Of a DNA stretch of 64,000 bases, positions 38,568 to 47,412 are shown one piece after another. Position numbers and translations under genes: made by a program. Origin of the DNA: a virus; IMG/VR virus record IMGVR_UViG_3300020156_000025, positions 25,985-89,984 of that record, one strand, 5' to 3'. The number at the start of each line of letters is the position of its first letter. Position 1 is the first letter of the stretch. Below the pieces are notes generated by a model. The model did no database searches, was not told where the DNA came from, and worked only from the letters and a program-made list of their open reading frames with translations.

Positions 38568-39062
38568 ATGGACAGGATCGTGGTGCATACCGACGGCGCA
38601 TGCTGGCCGAACAACGGGAGAGGAACGGGAGGCTGGGCCTTCGTGGCGGAGTGGGGTGTCCGCCGGGTGACGCGGCACGGGTTTGAACGTCCCTCGACTA
38701 ACAACCGCATGGAGCTGATGGCGGTGGTGCGCGCGCTCCAATACGTCAGGCTCACGGCGCACCCGCTGGTGGTCCGCACGGACAGCATGTATGTGTTCAA
38801 CGCGTTGACGGCATGGGGTGCCCGCTGGAGACGTTTCGGCTGGAGAACCTCCGCCGGGGAGCCTGTCAAGAATCGTGAATTGATTGAACCCGCCCTTGCG
38901 CTGATCGAACGCCACCGCACTGTCCGACAAATCGATTTGGAGTGGGTCAAGGGGCATGCGGGGGACAAGGGAAACGAACATGCCGACCGTCTTTCGGTGA
39001 TTGCCCGGCAGCAGTGCACCACCACGTGGACGGAGAATTGCGCGAGGGTGGACGTGGGCTGA
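38568..39062 (+). CDS. rnhA: Ribonuclease HI
   Basis: TDGAC, STNNRMELMA, TDSMY, VKNREL, WVKGHAG..GNEHAD. Confidence 0.95.
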   Translation: MDRIVVHTDGACWPNNGRGTGGWAFVAEWGVRRVTRHGFERPSTNNRMELMAVVRALQYVRLTAHPLVVRTDSMYVFNALTAWGARWRRFGWRTSAGEPVKNRELIEPALALIERHRTVRQIDLEWVKGHAGDKGNEHADRLSVIARQQCTTTWTENCARVDVG

Positions 39063-39066
39063 TTTC

Positions 39067-39095
39067 TTGCATAACGAAACCCGATGCTCTAACCT
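39067..39095 (+). promoter_or_regulatory. Sigma70-like phage promoter
   Basis: TTGCAT-AACGAAACCCGATGCTC(17)-TAACCT. Confidence 0.6.
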
Positions 39096-39119
39096 GTCAC
39101 GCACATCACCTGAACCGAT

Positions 39120-39323
39120 ATGAAGCGAACCGAATACAAGGCATTGGTCGAACGCATGATGAGGGAGAACCCCCGGATCACGTTGGACGAGGCGGAACAC
39201 TTGGCCCGCACGCCGTTCCAGCGCGTGGTGACGGGGGTGTTTGAATACCTGCTCATGATCGTCGTATTTGCGGCGCTGGCGTGGGGGTATGCGCTCTTGT
39301 TCATTGCAACCTCCGCGCCTTGA
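39120..39323 (+). CDS. Small membrane protein
   Basis: C-terminal hydrophobic segment. Confidence 0.5.
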   Translation: MKRTEYKALVERMMRENPRITLDEAEHLARTPFQRVVTGVFEYLLMIVVFAALAWGYALLFIATSAP

Positions 39324-39330
39324 CACTCCG

Positions 39331-40128
39331 ATGCTATTGGAAAAGGGAAAGACGGAACTTGCTTCCGACGGATCGCTGATCGCGAGTGAGGAGGACCGGG
39401 ACGAATTGATGAGGCTGGCCGACAGGCTGAAACAGATGCTGGATACCTCGAACAGCACGCCCCTTGCCGCGGAACTGGCCTCGACGTTGACACAGGGGCC
39501 GGTGGGAACGTGGGTCCGGCATCCGCTGTGCGTGACGCTCTACATTCCCGGGATGGAACCGATGCTGAACGCCCGGCTTGAGAACGTGCGGGAACTGGTG
39601 GACGGTTATTGGGCGAAGGGCAGATGGTCCAATTACGTGTATGCCCATGAACGTCCGTTCCGATTGACCGCCCTGTTGCGGGTGATCCATGACGGATCGC
39701 CGAAGGACAGGGAATTGTGGGAGCTGCTGTCGTGGACGTGGAGGGATTCGGAGCATCCGTGGGTCAACCGCCGGATGTGGGAAACGCTTTGGACGATGGA
39801 TCGTCCGGGAATCCAGTTCGCGACCGCTTACCGTGACCGCAAGGAACTGGCCCGTTTGCACGCTTTGCAAAAGGTGACGGTTTACCGGGGAACCCCGGGG
39901 TCGAAGGGCCGGAAGGGGATTTCATGGACGCTGGACAAGGAGCGCGCGAGGTGGTTTTCCCTGCGCTTCGCCACGGCCAAGGAACGTCCGAGGGTGTGGA
40001 CTCTGGAGGTGCCCGGGGAGATGATCCTTGCCTATCTGACCGACCGGAACGAGGACGAGGTGGTGATCGATCCCCGGTATCTGAACGGGATTCATTCCCG
40101 GAAATTCAAGGAGGCGGGAGATGAATAG
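39331..40128 (+). CDS. Putative ADP-ribosyltransferase-fold protein (R-S-E type)
   Basis: VTVYRG, GISWTLD...ARWF, NEDEVVI. Confidence 0.55.
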   Translation: MLLEKGKTELASDGSLIASEEDRDELMRLADRLKQMLDTSNSTPLAAELASTLTQGPVGTWVRHPLCVTLYIPGMEPMLNARLENVRELVDGYWAKGRWSNYVYAHERPFRLTALLRVIHDGSPKDRELWELLSWTWRDSEHPWVNRRMWETLWTMDRPGIQFATAYRDRKELARLHALQKVTVYRGTPGSKGRKGISWTLDKERARWFSLRFATAKERPRVWTLEVPGEMILAYLTDRNEDEVVIDPRYLNGIHSRKFKEAGDE

Positions 40129-40834
40129 CAACGTGTATATCGATACCCGCTATGCGGTCCGCAGGGGGGCATGGTGGATGCTGGTAAGGGTGCGCGGAAC
40201 CTGCGTGCTTCGCGCGATACACCGCACGGAGGCCGACGCATGGGAGGTGTGGGACTTGGAGATTCCGCTGAATGATAGAGACCGGGAATATTCGAGCGCA
40301 CGCCTGTCCGTGCTGGACGACGTGCATGCGGGGGATGTCACGGTGGCATTCGAGGCAACCCTTTCGTGCCGGTTTGAAATCATAACGGGGGTCAACTTGC
40401 GGATGCGCCTGACCCCCCGTGAAACGATACGGGTGCACGTGCTTATGCCTGTGATCGAGACTGTCCGGCAGGAGGGTAGGAGAAAGGAATTTGCTAAGGC
40501 AATGCTCTCGCCCCGGGAATCTCCGCGCGCGCTCGTGGAGGAGCATTGGACGGTCAAGCTGAACTTTCTGGCGTCTTACCCCCACGAACGCAGGCTTTCG
40601 ACTCATGACAGCGGGGTTGCGAGGGAGACACTCGGAGAGCTGACGGAAGCCGATGCCCGGTTGAGCTGGGTGTGCCATGCGCTGCCCAGCATTGATCCGG
40701 ACAAGCTGCTCGTGGATCTGGACGGGAGCGCGGAGAGGGAACGACTCAGGGTTCAGGCCGAACATGATCGTCAGGTCGAGGAGGCGTTCCGGGCCTCCCT
40801 GTCCGAATCCCGCCGGAGGGAAATCCGTCTCTGA
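40121..40834 (+). CDS. Hypothetical protein with C-terminal RRREIRL tag
   Basis: Coupled ORF. Confidence 0.6.
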   Translation: MNSNVYIDTRYAVRRGAWWMLVRVRGTCVLRAIHRTEADAWEVWDLEIPLNDRDREYSSARLSVLDDVHAGDVTVAFEATLSCRFEIITGVNLRMRLTPRETIRVHVLMPVIETVRQEGRRKEFAKAMLSPRESPRALVEEHWTVKLNFLASYPHERRLSTHDSGVARETLGELTEADARLSWVCHALPSIDPDKLLVDLDGSAERERLRVQAEHDRQVEEAFRASLSESRRREIRL

Positions 40835-40837
40835 CTC

Positions 40838-40995
40838 GTGTAACCGCCGCTAGGGGAGAATTCTGGGTAATCCCCGGAATTTTTTGTTTTTGCGTATCAA
40901 CGAGTTACGACGGAAATCCGGTAAATTCGTGCAAACTTTGCAAAATCGACTTGCTAAACAATACCCGGTGCCGCATGCTGTCCCCCGTCAACCGA
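40838..40995 (+). promoter_or_regulatory. Composite early-promoter module, copy 3
   Basis: Same CGTGTAAC / TCAACGAGTTAC / TGCA box / TTGCTA-N17-CATGCT arrangement. Confidence 0.75.
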
Positions 40996-41005
40996 CAACG
41001 CCACA

Positions 41006-41437
41006 ATGACCGTCGCCCTTTCCACTGCCGATATGATCGACGCGCTGATTGCCGCCGCCCGTGATCGCGTCGCCGCCGCCCCGGAACACTTCACTGCTCA
41101 CTACGTGGAGAATTACACCGCCGTGCTCCGCCAGAGGACGGAGCGGGAGGTGCAGGGCGAATACGCATGGGTGTTTTGCGCCAGCTACGATGCCCCGGCT
41201 AGAATCCGTTTCGCGGTGTCGGGGGAGCACACGTTCGGTTACGTGCTTCCGCACCAGCCCGATACGCTGCATATTCTCGCATCCAAGCCGCAGAAGGGTG
41301 CGACGTTCGGACCGTTTGACGGGAGCTGTCCGCTAGGGGACTCCCGCCATGCCACGCTCGCCGACTTCGAGGACTATCGCGTGGTGTCCACCGGTTACGC
41401 GGCTGATTCTGCCCGCTACGAGTTTCCGACCGCCTGA
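41006..41437 (+). CDS. Hypothetical early protein
   Basis: ORF after promoter module. Confidence 0.6.
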   Translation: MTVALSTADMIDALIAAARDRVAAAPEHFTAHYVENYTAVLRQRTEREVQGEYAWVFCASYDAPARIRFAVSGEHTFGYVLPHQPDTLHILASKPQKGATFGPFDGSCPLGDSRHATLADFEDYRVVSTGYAADSARYEFPTA

Positions 41438-41470
41438 TTTTTGCACACTGTTCAAAACCGCCAAACCGCC

Positions 41471-42163
41471 ATGACCGCCAACGTCGAAACCTACACTATC
41501 CGCAACCCGAAAAACGGGGAATCCATCGAGTCCGCGTTCCAGACCGATCCGCAGGCCGCTCGTGCGCTGATCGCCCGTCTCGACCGTCTGAATCCCCGCA
41601 ACCGCGCTTTCGCGGAGGACCTGATCCGTGCGGAGGAACGCTCCACGGGATCGCGCCCGCTGTCCCCGTCGCAATCGTTCTGGTTGCACAAGCTCGCGAT
41701 GCCGGAGGCTGCCCGCCCCGCGCCGGAGCCTGCGGCGATCATCCCGCTCGCCCCGCTGAACGCGCTGTTTTCCCGCGTGGGGCAGAAGCTCAAGCGTCCC
41801 GCCGTCGTGCTCGCCCTTCCATCCGGGGGAGAGATGAAGGTGTCGCTCGCGGGCAGCAGCTCCCGCTACCCGGGCCAGCTCATGGTGGCATCGCCCGAAT
41901 TCGGGGGTGCCTACTACGGCAGGGTGGACGGGGAAGGCAGATTCTTCCCGGGGCGCTCCGCCGATGCGGAATCGCTCGGGCTGTTGGAACGCTTCGCTGC
42001 TGATCCGCTCAAGGTGGCCGCGGAGCACGGGCACCTGACGGGCCGCTGCTGTTTTTGCAACCGTGCCTTGTCCGATGACAAATCGACCGCCCTTGGCTAC
42101 GGGCCGGTGTGCGCGAAAAAATGGAACCTCGAACACTCCGCCGCTGCCGCTCGCCGCGCCTGA
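41471..42163 (+). CDS. DUF6011-like Zn-finger protein
   Basis: GRCCFCNRALSD..S...GYGPVCAKKW. Confidence 0.7.
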   Translation: MTANVETYTIRNPKNGESIESAFQTDPQAARALIARLDRLNPRNRAFAEDLIRAEERSTGSRPLSPSQSFWLHKLAMPEAARPAPEPAAIIPLAPLNALFSRVGQKLKRPAVVLALPSGGEMKVSLAGSSSRYPGQLMVASPEFGGAYYGRVDGEGRFFPGRSADAESLGLLERFAADPLKVAAEHGHLTGRCCFCNRALSDDKSTALGYGPVCAKKWNLEHSAAAARRA

Positions 42164-42184
42164 TCTTCCAGCCCCTCTGAAACC

Positions 42185-42601
42185 ATGAGCTATCTGCAAA
42201 CCATTCTGGACCTGATCCGTTCGGGTGCCGTTGACGAATTTCTGGACCTGATCGGAAGGGACGTGCTGGACCGGAAGAAATACACCGCGCGCCAACGCAC
42301 CTTGCCTCAGACGCTGGAGGAATTCCCTGTGGGGTGCACCGTCCGGTTCAAGCCCTCGGTCCGTCCGCGCTACCTTGCCGGGCATACGGCTACGGTGACG
42401 GGTCACGATGGTGCCCGCAAGGTCCGCCTTGCCCCGATCGCAATGGGTCGGTTCGAGGGAAGGGGGGAGGTGCGTTGTCCGGTGAACCTGATCGAACGGC
42501 TGACACCGCTTGAGCCCGCGCCGCAACCGCAGGCGCAGAACGCCCCGGTCCGCTCGCGCAAACCCGCCCCGGGCGCACGGAGGAAAATCCGTCTCGACTG
42601 A
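42185..42601 (+). CDS. Hypothetical SH3-like protein carrying both PVRSRK and C-terminal RRKIRLD
   Basis: FPVGCTVRF...ATVTG..KVRL beta-barrel pattern. Confidence 0.65.
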   Translation: MSYLQTILDLIRSGAVDEFLDLIGRDVLDRKKYTARQRTLPQTLEEFPVGCTVRFKPSVRPRYLAGHTATVTGHDGARKVRLAPIAMGRFEGRGEVRCPVNLIERLTPLEPAPQPQAQNAPVRSRKPAPGARRKIRLD

Positions 42602-42685
42602 TTCCCGCCATGCCCGCCCTTCTAGCCACCGCCGTGTCGTGCGGTTACACCCTGACGTTGATCGCCCTTTTCTGGAACTGACGCC

Positions 42686-42883
42686 ATGCATTACCGCCCC
42701 ACTCAACTAGACCTTGCGGAATCCGGACGACGCCGCGCCGCGCGTGCTGCACATGCGCTCGCGTTCATGATCGATTCACCGCAACGTCCGACACGTGCCG
42801 AACTCGCCCGCCTGCGGGAGAAACGCCCCGCCGTGTGGAATCGCTTCCCTGAATCCCGCTGCATTGACGCGGAAGGAGACTAA
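42686..42883 (+). CDS. Hypothetical protein
   Basis: Short ORF in gene run. Confidence 0.4.
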   Translation: MHYRPTQLDLAESGRRRAARAAHALAFMIDSPQRPTRAELARLREKRPAVWNRFPESRCIDAEGD

Positions 42884-42890
42884 ACCAATC

Positions 42891-43121
42891 ATGAATATCG
42901 AGATCATAGACCATGCCAGCCTCGCCATCATTGCCACGGTAACAGGATACGACCGTCCGTGTGCGGGGGAGCGAATCATCCTGCACCGTGACGCGCCGCA
43001 AGAGGGGCAGCTAACCTGCGAACAGTTTCGCGTGGTCGAGGTGCGACACCGCTACCGGGACCTGTCTTTGAGCAACTTCCCGGTGGAGGTGGTGGTGGAA
43101 CCCATCCAACCCGAACAGTAA
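42891..43121 (+). CDS. Hypothetical protein
   Basis: Short ORF with A/C-rich leader. Confidence 0.5.
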   Translation: MNIEIIDHASLAIIATVTGYDRPCAGERIILHRDAPQEGQLTCEQFRVVEVRHRYRDLSLSNFPVEVVVEPIQPEQ

Positions 43122-43228
43122 CCTTTACCCCCGGACAACAGGGTCCCCGCCTGCCGCGCCATCCCCCCGGAGCGCGATGCCGGGCGGGGACTTGCATTTT
43201 TCAGGCCCTGCTCCAATTTCATACCGCT

Positions 43229-43717
43229 ATGAACAATCAGCCAGTTAGAAGCCGCCGCCGTCCCGCGGAACACCCTCCGGAAACGCACCAGACCGGGCCT
43301 GTGCGCTCGCGTCGCGCGACTGCCGTTGCCACATCCCCGCCGATTCCCGATCCGCCGGAGCGGCTCGTGGAGGCTCCCGTGCGCTCCCGCCGATCGCCCT
43401 TGCCCGACGATGATCGTTGTTTGGGCACGGGGAGACATTCCTACGCCGCCGAGAATATGGAAACGGGGGTGATGGTCATGTCCTATGTCGATTCCACCCG
43501 CGCGGATTACACGCTGGGGGATTTGCGGCGCGAGCGTTCGGCGAGGGGTTGCAGGATCAGGACGGTCGCCACCTATTCGTTTGCCGGGGACGGGAAGCGG
43601 ACGCTGTGGCACGACATCAAACCGGAGGATTCGGTCAAATGGCAGGAGCACCTGACTTGGTGCCTGAGCCGTTTTCCGTCGCCGCCGCAGACTTCGGAAC
43701 GCTCAAAACTTGCGTAA
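43229..43717 (+). CDS. Hypothetical protein with three PVRSRR repeats
   Basis: Pro-rich disordered N-terminus with 3 motif copies. Confidence 0.65.
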   Translation: MNNQPVRSRRRPAEHPPETHQTGPVRSRRATAVATSPPIPDPPERLVEAPVRSRRSPLPDDDRCLGTGRHSYAAENMETGVMVMSYVDSTRADYTLGDLRRERSARGCRIRTVATYSFAGDGKRTLWHDIKPEDSVKWQEHLTWCLSRFPSPPQTSERSKLA

Positions 43718-43738
43718 CAAAACCCGGCATGACATGCT
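43710..43738 (+). promoter_or_regulatory. Sigma70-like phage promoter
   Basis: TTGCGT-AACAAAACCCGGCATGA(17)-CATGCT. Confidence 0.6.
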
Positions 43739-43768
43739 TCCATCCTAGCGACAAACCACCGCGACAAG

Positions 43769-45070
43769 ATGGAAGCACTCGATTTGGCACAATGCAATGC
43801 ACGATACGGAGCCCCCGCCGGAATGGAGGACAGGGTCAGGACCCTGCCGCTTTACCGTTCCGACGTGGGGACCACTTCTTTTTTCCAGCCGACGCCGGAG
43901 GAACTGGAGAGGTTGAACGCGGGGGGTATCATCTCGCTGACGCAGATGAGCACGGTGGTGTTCCCGTTCCACCTGTCGGTGGCGGGGATGTGCTCCGCGG
44001 AGGAGGCCCGTGCCCATTATGACGTGCCGGGAGGGCCGGAGTGGCCGTTCGGTGACGACGGGCGACCGGTGGCGGTGAACGCGGGAATCAATGCATCGAA
44101 CCGGGATCAGGTGTTCGTGGACCCGGCATCGATCGCGCAACGGCTGCCGAGGACGACGCACCCGGATAGCGACGGATTCTGGTGGGTGCGGGAGCACGGG
44201 GGTAGCTGGAGCCTCGCGCGCCTAGGCCAATCGGAAGGGGTGGTCGGGGTGGACCTTTACGTCCCGGTCATCGCCCGGGAACTGGATGACGTGACGGGGG
44301 AGGGGTGGGAGTGGATGCCCGCACTCATGCCTAGTCCCGGAGAGGCCACAGATAAACGAATCTGCCCTTGCCCGCGGTGTGTTAGTAAGAGGGATGCGAA
44401 CACTCCCGGGGAAATGCAGGTGGAGCAGTTCGATCCGGCTCCGGTGCAACCGCCGGAAGAATCACCGGCCATCCCCCTGCAACTGTCTTCGATTGTGCCG
44501 CTGGGGCTGTTCGAGGACCTGCTGAACACGGGGAATATTTCCCGGTGGCACCGGTTCGGTTCCCTGTTGCGCCATGCGCCGTTCAGGACAGCGGGTGCGC
44601 TGGACGACGACGTGTCGGACGTGTTGGCCAGTTCGACCTTGGCTCGGTCGATTGCATTCCGGCTGGAGAATGTCAATGATCCCCGGACCAAGGAGCTGAT
44701 GGAGATCCCGCACGGGGAACTTATCCGCGACCTGATGCTGGCGTTCATCCGGGACGTGAACGCCGCCCGCGATCCCGGGCATCCGGAGAGAGCACCACGT
44801 AGCCAGCGTCACGCGACGTGGAACGACTACGTGAGTGTGACGCTCGTGGTCTGCGGATTGCTTCTGGTGGGTATTTCGTTTTTTGCCGATTCCCCGGTGG
44901 GTGCCGTGCTGCGCGTGACGTGTGGATTGGCGGCAATGGCCCTCGGGGTGATGCAGATCCGCGATAGCGCGATGCGCGGCTTGGCCGGTGACGTGAACCG
45001 GATGCTGAACCGGATGGAAGAGAGCAACAAACTAAACGCCCGCAGCGGCCCGGAGCAGGACCCGGACTGA
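43769..45070 (+). CDS. Mosaic hypothetical protein with C-terminal TM hairpin
   Basis: Long ORF; two hydrophobic helices near C-terminus. Confidence 0.6.
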   Translation: MEALDLAQCNARYGAPAGMEDRVRTLPLYRSDVGTTSFFQPTPEELERLNAGGIISLTQMSTVVFPFHLSVAGMCSAEEARAHYDVPGGPEWPFGDDGRPVAVNAGINASNRDQVFVDPASIAQRLPRTTHPDSDGFWWVREHGGSWSLARLGQSEGVVGVDLYVPVIARELDDVTGEGWEWMPALMPSPGEATDKRICPCPRCVSKRDANTPGEMQVEQFDPAPVQPPEESPAIPLQLSSIVPLGLFEDLLNTGNISRWHRFGSLLRHAPFRTAGALDDDVSDVLASSTLARSIAFRLENVNDPRTKELMEIPHGELIRDLMLAFIRDVNAARDPGHPERAPRSQRHATWNDYVSVTLVVCGLLLVGISFFADSPVGAVLRVTCGLAAMALGVMQIRDSAMRGLAGDVNRMLNRMEESNKLNARSGPEQDPD

Positions 45071-45123
45071 CTGCGTGCACCCTCCCGCAACCGATCCACC
45101 TTTTGCACACTTTGCATAATCCT

Positions 45124-45426
45124 ATGGTTGACGAACCGTATAAAATCATGTTCAAGCGGATGCCCGAACAAGCGCACGGGAAGACGTGGCTGGTGCAATA
45201 TGGGGAGGCCGGGAAGGGGCAGGCCATTGTTGCGTTCCAAGGCCCTAGGGCCACGTGCGCCGAGGCGCTACTCATTGCCGCGTTGCTCATGCATGACACG
45301 CTGCCGGAACCGGGAATCGACCTGCATTTCTACGGGGAGCCCCCGGAGATTCTCCATCATCCCAAGGCGAAGAAGATCTTCGCCCGAATGGAGAAGGAAT
45401 GGAAGGAAACGCAAAAAGACCGATGA
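45124..45426 (+). CDS. Hypothetical protein
   Basis: ORF in gene run. Confidence 0.5.
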   Translation: MVDEPYKIMFKRMPEQAHGKTWLVQYGEAGKGQAIVAFQGPRATCAEALLIAALLMHDTLPEPGIDLHFYGEPPEILHHPKAKKIFARMEKEWKETQKDR

Positions 45427-46097
45427 ACGGGGAGCAATGGCTGTTCGAGGTGCACCAGGACCTGCCCTTGACTGGGACTGGTAGGGTCCGGGCCTACACG
45501 GGGAACGTGATCGAGGAGGTCGCGTGCGCGTGCCTGCGCTGGGAACGGCAGCGGATCGACGGGAACCGCAAGGTGTGCGTGGACGCCGTGGACCGTGACA
45601 AGCAACCGGTGGAGATCAAAGCGGTGTCCATGTCGAAAGGTGTCCCGGCTTCGGTGATCTACGATTTCCGCATCCGCAAGGAGCTGGAGGCATATCCGGA
45701 CATGGACTATGCGTTCGTGCTGCACCGGGCGAAGCAGGCCGGGTCGTTGCGCAAGCTGCGGGAAATGATCGCGTCGCAACCGCTGGAGGTGATCCGGGTG
45801 AGGGCGTGGATCGTGTGGCAGATGCTGGAACACCTGCCCTTGCGGAAAATAGTCCGGGAAGCCCCGGTAAAGGGGGAGAGAACCGGATACAAGAGGACGG
45901 GTTACCGGGAGGGATACCGGTGTCTGGACGTGCGCGAATTTCTCAAGAACCTGTCACCGTGGGAATATACCGGAGGGGTGACGCTACAGGGATTGGAATA
46001 TACGGCCAGAATCGCCCGGCACGGGACAGCCTTGTCGGAACCGCTCCGCAGCCGTGTCCGCCGGGAGGCACAAAACATTGCACGAATTACACGCTAA
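45423..46097 (+). CDS. Putative PD-(D/E)XK nuclease-fold protein
   Basis: GNVIEE...VDA......VEIKA. Confidence 0.45.
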   Translation: MNGEQWLFEVHQDLPLTGTGRVRAYTGNVIEEVACACLRWERQRIDGNRKVCVDAVDRDKQPVEIKAVSMSKGVPASVIYDFRIRKELEAYPDMDYAFVLHRAKQAGSLRKLREMIASQPLEVIRVRAWIVWQMLEHLPLRKIVREAPVKGERTGYKRTGYREGYRCLDVREFLKNLSPWEYTGGVTLQGLEYTARIARHGTALSEPLRSRVRREAQNIARITR

Positions 46098-46098
46098 C

Positions 46099-46671
46099 AT
46101 GAATCCGGTAATACCTTCGTTCAACCTTGCGCCCGGTGCCCGGATGATGATTAACGGCCAGATGTGCGTGTTACAGGAATACACGATCCAGAGGGACGGG
46201 GGGAGGGCCAGTGACTTTGACACGCTGGAGCTTAGATTCGTGATGCTGAGTGAGCCTGTCGCCGCGCCGTCCCGTGTGACCGAGACCGGTAGGATAAGTG
46301 TCGAATGTGACCTTTCTGCTTGGGAACAGGCAATGGCCGAGAGGCTGGCCGGAGCATCAAGGGTCCCGTCCGCCGCTGAACCCGCAAGATACGTGCCGGG
46401 GTTCCGTTATTTCCGGGACGAGATCGACGGGGAAGAATTCAAGATGCCTCCGGACGGCGGCTTGGGGTATCGGAGCGAGCCGGGCGGGTGGTGGATTGCT
46501 TCTGCCGTGATGCGTATAGACAATTTCAGGGACGGAAAAAGATACTGGAGCAATGGAGGGATGCAGCAGGTGACGAGCTGCCCTGAATTTTTTCCCTTGG
46601 AATCGCCCGGACCGGACAAGCCCAAAGACCCGTTGCCCGTGTCGCCGAAGAGGGTCATCCGCTTGGATTGA
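46099..46671 (+). CDS. Hypothetical protein with C-terminal KRVIRLD tag
   Basis: ORF in gene run. Confidence 0.6.
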   Translation: MNPVIPSFNLAPGARMMINGQMCVLQEYTIQRDGGRASDFDTLELRFVMLSEPVAAPSRVTETGRISVECDLSAWEQAMAERLAGASRVPSAAEPARYVPGFRYFRDEIDGEEFKMPPDGGLGYRSEPGGWWIASAVMRIDNFRDGKRYWSNGGMQQVTSCPEFFPLESPGPDKPKDPLPVSPKRVIRLD

Positions 46672-46759
46672 CACCGGAAGGATTTTGCAAACCTTGCAAA
46701 ACCGGTTTTTGTTTTGCTCAAAACTTGAGCATGCCCTGCGGGTATGCCATGCTGACGAC

Positions 46760-47404
46760 ATGCCGCCGCTGCCATCCCCCGCCGAATTCCCCTATCTGTG
46801 CTCCGATTTGGTCGCATGGGAGAAGCTCGGTTCCAGCTATGAAGTAATCCGCGTCTTCGCGGTTGTTACGAGGCTGTGCAGGGATATGACGGATGACATG
46901 CAAACACCGGCGGGATGGACCGGTTGGCACCAAATGGTCACGGCCCTATGGACAGGAGGACGAACACCCTTGTTGTCCAAGTTGGCCGATATAGGCCGAG
47001 CATCCGGTCCGTGGGAGATGAACGTCAGGCTGCTACGCGAATTGGGGACTCCTCGAATGGTGGCAGTAGCCGGGTCTTCCCCCGAGATGGGTCTAGGGCG
47101 GGCGTATTCGCGTCGAATCGATCTTGAAAGCGGCTGGCGCAGACTCGGATATTCTCCGGTTGATGAGGTCACGGGGCCGGTGATGGAAGTGATCCGGGAG
47201 TTGCAGGAGTTGGAATGGGATCTGATCAAAGACTCGACCTATACCGCGCTGCACGACATGTCGTGGAATGCCATCGATACTCTCTGGCATCGGTATTCGG
47301 ACCAATACGCCGGAGCGTGGATTCAGGTATCCCGGACGACGAAGCGCCAGCCCGTGCCCGCCGTCGATCCGTTGCAGCGCCGCCGCATCATCCGTCTCGA
47401 CTGA
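46760..47404 (+). CDS. Hypothetical protein with C-terminal RRRIIRLD tag
   Basis: ORF after TTGAGC-N17-CATGCT promoter-like site. Confidence 0.6.
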   Translation: MPPLPSPAEFPYLCSDLVAWEKLGSSYEVIRVFAVVTRLCRDMTDDMQTPAGWTGWHQMVTALWTGGRTPLLSKLADIGRASGPWEMNVRLLRELGTPRMVAVAGSSPEMGLGRAYSRRIDLESGWRRLGYSPVDEVTGPVMEVIRELQELEWDLIKDSTYTALHDMSWNAIDTLWHRYSDQYAGAWIQVSRTTKRQPVPAVDPLQRRRIIRLD

Positions 47405-47412
47405 CCCGACCC

